DNA from: Anaerolineales bacterium
GTDB lineage: Bacteria; Chloroflexota; Anaerolineae; Anaerolineales; E44-bin32
Length of the DNA: 64,000 bases
Direction: 5' to 3'
Assembly: GCA_035693825.1 (NCBI GenBank)
Contig: DASSGB010000232.1
Coordinates: 4,199 to 68,198, forward strand
In this document: positions 61,473 to 64,000 of the stretch, piece by piece
Layout of the letters: every line of letters begins with the position of its first letter
Numbering within the stretch: position 1 is the first letter of the stretch
Translations under genes and position numbers: made by a program
Notes under the pieces: generated by a model
Told to the model about the DNA's origin: nothing
Database searches by the model: none
The model's input: only the letters and a program-made list of their open reading frames with translations

Positions 61473-62378
61473 ATGAGCCTCCGCAACAGGGCATTGGCAG
61501 GGTTGTCCCTGCTCTGCATCGCCGCCACAGCCTGCACGGCGCTGCCTTTCCTTGCCGGCGCGACAGCTACTCCCAGTCCGACACCCATCCCTCCGACCCC
61601 GACCCTGCCGCCCATGGCAGCGCTGGTCAACGGCGAGGGCATTTGGCTGTCGGATTGGGAGGCCGAAGTCCAGCGATACGAGGCGGCGCAGGCCTCGCTT
61701 GGCATCGACCTTGCAACTCAAGGCGAATACGAGATGCAAGTCCTGCAAGCCCTGGTCGATCGGCTGCTGTTGGCGCAGGCGGCCCGGGCGGCAGGCGTGA
61801 CGGTTTCGGGCGAGCAGATCGACGCGCGCCTGGAGGAACTGGCGGCGACCCGCGGCGGTAACGAGGCCATGGGCGCCTGGCTGGCGGAGAACGCATACAC
61901 CTTGGACAGTTTCAAGCGCGCCCTCGAGGTCGACATGCTGGCGGCCCACCAGGTGGAGCAGATTTCCGCGGGCGTAGGCGAAAACGCCGACCAGGTCCAC
62001 GCCGCGCATATTCTCGTCGCCACGCGCGACGAGGCGGTCGCGCTGCAGGCCGAGTTGGCCGCCGGCGCCGAATTCGCCGACCTGGCCTCCGCGTATTCGC
62101 TCGACGCGAGCACGCGTCCGGCCGGCGGGGATCTGGGCTGGTTCCCGCCTGGCTATCTGCTCGTTCCGGAAGTGGATTCAGCCGCCTGGGGCCTGTCCCC
62201 CGGCGAGACAAGCGACATTATCGAGAGCAGCCTGGGCTATCATATCGTCCGGGTGATCGAACGCGGCGAGCACGCCCTGTCGTCCGAGGCGCGCCTGGCC
62301 CTCCAGACGCGCGCCGTGGAAGAGTGGCTGGCGGCCCGCCGCGCAGAATCCCTGATCGACATCTTGGCCGCACCCTAG
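61473..62378 (+). CDS. PpiC-type peptidyl-prolyl isomerase lipoprotein (PrsA/SurA-like)
   Basis: Lipobox (LLCIAATAC) and the parvulin block (HAAHILV...GGDLGWF...GYHIVRV). ATG at 61473. Confidence 0.85.
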   Translation: MSLRNRALAGLSLLCIAATACTALPFLAGATATPSPTPIPPTPTLPPMAALVNGEGIWLSDWEAEVQRYEAAQASLGIDLATQGEYEMQVLQALVDRLLLAQAARAAGVTVSGEQIDARLEELAATRGGNEAMGAWLAENAYTLDSFKRALEVDMLAAHQVEQISAGVGENADQVHAAHILVATRDEAVALQAELAAGAEFADLASAYSLDASTRPAGGDLGWFPPGYLLVPEVDSAAWGLSPGETSDIIESSLGYHIVRVIERGEHALSSEARLALQTRAVEEWLAARRAESLIDILAAP

Positions 62379-62397
62379 GCCGGGAGGAAAGATCGAC

Positions 62398-63147
62398 ATG
62401 CAACCCAGAATGCTGCGCCGTCGAGGTGGGTCGCTGGGGGCTTCCCTGGCGAACTGCCTGACCATCGTCATTCTCCTGGCGACGGCCGCCGTGGCTGCGG
62501 GCATGGCCGCCGTATTCTCCAACCCCTCCCTGGTCGAGGCCATCAACCCCTTCCTGCCGGTCCATTTCGAGCCCGGCCCCACCGTGCCGCCGACCCTGGG
62601 ATTCCCAACCCGCACCAACACGCCCGAGATCTACCTTCCCCCGACTTGGACTCACACGCCGGCGCCTTCCGACACGCCCACCGAGACGCCCCTTCCCAGC
62701 GACACGCCGCTGCCATCCGAAACGCCGACCCCGCTCCCGTCGACCGGGACGCCTCAGCCCACGGCCACCGGGCTGCCCTTCTCGGTGCAGCCGGGCAGCA
62801 ACATTCTCGTCACCAATTTCGCCAACGACGACGGCTGCAACTGGATGGGCGTCGCCGGTCAGGTCTTCGACCTGAGCAAGGCGCCTTACCCGGGCGTGAC
62901 GGTGCACGTGGAGGGACAGCTGGCGGGCCAGTTGGTCAAGATCGACACGCTGACCGGTAGCGCCACGCGCATCGGCCCGGCCGGCTACGTCTTCGATCTT
63001 TCCGACCACCCCATCGCCTCCACCGGCACGCTGTGGATTCAGCTGAAGGACACCGCCGGCCTGCTGCTTTCCGACAAAGTGTTCTTCAACACCTCGGCCC
63101 AGTGCGACCAAAACATGGTCTTCATCAACTGGAACCAGGTGCGTTGA
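62398..63147 (+). CDS. Membrane-anchored hypothetical protein with a Pro/Thr-rich linker and a C-terminal globular domain
   Basis: N-terminal TM, a TPxPSDTP-type linker, and a C-terminal beta-rich domain of about 110 aa with 2 Cys. GGGAGGA SD. Confidence 0.6.
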   Translation: MQPRMLRRRGGSLGASLANCLTIVILLATAAVAAGMAAVFSNPSLVEAINPFLPVHFEPGPTVPPTLGFPTRTNTPEIYLPPTWTHTPAPSDTPTETPLPSDTPLPSETPTPLPSTGTPQPTATGLPFSVQPGSNILVTNFANDDGCNWMGVAGQVFDLSKAPYPGVTVHVEGQLAGQLVKIDTLTGSATRIGPAGYVFDLSDHPIASTGTLWIQLKDTAGLLLSDKVFFNTSAQCDQNMVFINWNQVR

Positions 63148-63157
63148 GCAACGCAGA

Positions 63158-63230
63158 CCCAAACCCGTTTTGCAGAAGAGGCCCTCAGATTGAGGGCCTC
63201 TTCATCTGCAAAACGGGTTTGGGGTTTTCT
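63158..63230 (+). terminator. Long hairpin terminator
   Basis: CCCAAACCCGTTTTGCAGAAGAGGCCCTCA-GAT-TGAGGGCCTCTTCATCTGCAAAACGGGTTTGGGG followed by TTTTCT. A stem of about 30 bp with one 3-nt bulge. Confidence 0.7.
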
Positions 63231-64000
63231 ACCCCATCGCCTCGCGCAACGCATGGCACACCTCGTCCACCTGCGCCTCGGTCATGACCCCCGAGAACGG
63301 CAGGGCCAGGGTGCGGCGGCCGAGATCCTCGGTCACGGGGAAATCGCCGGCACGATAGCCGAACCTTTCCACGAAATACGGCATGAGATGAATCGGGGCG
63401 AAGTACGGCCGTGAGGGGATGCCCCGCGCCTCGAGCCGCGCCATGATGCGCGATCGGTCGAGGCCGGCAGCGAGCCGGACCGGATAGATGAACCACGCCA
63501 GGCGCGTCGTCTGAGGGGCGAGGCTCAGCGGTGAGACCGGCGGCAGCTCCGCCAGACGTTCGCCATACCATCCGGCCACCTGGTCGCGCTTCGCCAGAAG
63601 CTCCTCCAACCGCGCCAGCTGGGCCACGCCCAGCGCGGCGCTCATTTCATCCAGTCGGTAGTTGTAGCCGAGGTGGGTGTGTTCGAGCCAGGTGTCTCCG
63701 GGCGCTCTTCCTTGATTCCGCAGGGACCGCGCCATTTCGGCCCAGTCGTCACGATCGGTAACGATGACCGCACCTTCGCCGGTCGTCATCTGTTTGTTGG
63801 GATAGAAGGCATACACCCCGACATCGCCCAGCATTCCCGCCGGGCGGCCCTTGTAGGTCGCGCCAAACGCTTCACACGAATCCTCGATGACCGGCAGCGC
63901 GCGAGAGCGGGCCGCGGCCATGATCGGATCCAAATCAGCCGGCTGACCGAAAGCGTCCACGGGCAGGAGAGCCTTCAACTTCGCCTCGCGGCTCGCCCCG
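63229..64000 (-). CDS. DegT/DnrJ/EryC1/StrS-family aminotransferase; 5' partial (continues beyond the window)
   Basis: Contains FYPNKQMTTGEGA...LRNQGR...LGYNYRLDEMSAALGVAQL. The frame is open to the window end. Confidence 0.85.
   Translation of the reverse strand, partial: GASREAKLKALLPVDAFGQPADLDPIMAAARSRALPVIEDSCEAFGATYKGRPAGMLGDVGVYAFYPNKQMTTGEGAVIVTDRDDWAEMARSLRNQGRAPGDTWLEHTHLGYNYRLDEMSAALGVAQLARLEELLAKRDQVAGWYGERLAELPPVSPLSLAPQTTRLAWFIYPVRLAAGLDRSRIMARLEARGIPSRPYFAPIHLMPYFVERFGYRAGDFPVTEDLGRRTLALPFSGVMTEAQVDEVCHALREAMG

Noticed and set aside
1-64000. tRNA, rRNA, tmRNA, RNase P RNA, transposases, integrases and prophage genes.
   Set aside because: I inspected the intergenic regions on both strands and recognised no cloverleaf-capable segments or conserved RNA cores other than the cobalamin riboswitch. 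No ORF has recombinase or transposase motifs. This was an inspection by eye only, so small RNAs could be missed.

Overview
The window is a high-GC bacterial chromosomal segment (GC judged by eye, not computed). It is densely packed with about 55 protein genes on both strands. I found no rRNA, tRNA, CRISPR array, transposase or integrase. The gene style (cytoplasmic multi-GAF kinases, Pro/Thr-rich linker proteins, extended -10 promoters, leaderless genes) resembles Chloroflexota-like genomes, but I cannot confirm the taxon. Well-supported housekeeping genes include pcm, rnhB, acnA, murJ, ftsK, def, recF, rsmG, thrC, suhB, surE and rnj. There is also a BMP-family nucleoside-type ABC operon, two class-V aminotransferases, and several sensor proteins (a 5xGAF kinase, a GAF-PAS kinase and a PAS-GAF-GGDEF protein). 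Five things stand out. (1) A clear cobalamin riboswitch on the minus strand (about 58616-58905) heads an ECF T/A module. That module has no S component but begins with a membrane-anchored terpene-cyclase-repeat protein. (2) Heptanucleotide tandem repeats (GGTCAGT / CTGACGG / NNNCCAG types, reminiscent of cyanobacterial STRR) occur at six or more intergenic loci, usually as inverted arrays that can form long hairpins. One array sits inside the riboswitch. (3) A short conserved element (CAAGTCCCC...GGCAGGGCAGTGA) lies upstream of three promoters: the cNMP-bPH gene, recF and rnj. (4) A compact DUF2089 / DUF4097 / tandem-GNAT / small-protein operon has three products sharing one SHOCT-like helix motif. 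It is possibly co-transcribed with an uncharacterised 565-aa Rossmann protein. (5) Several genes appear to have leaderless or near-leaderless transcripts, and there is a candidate sRNA or attenuator upstream of the GGDEF gene. All functional calls come from reading the translated ORFs and recognising motifs; no searches were run.
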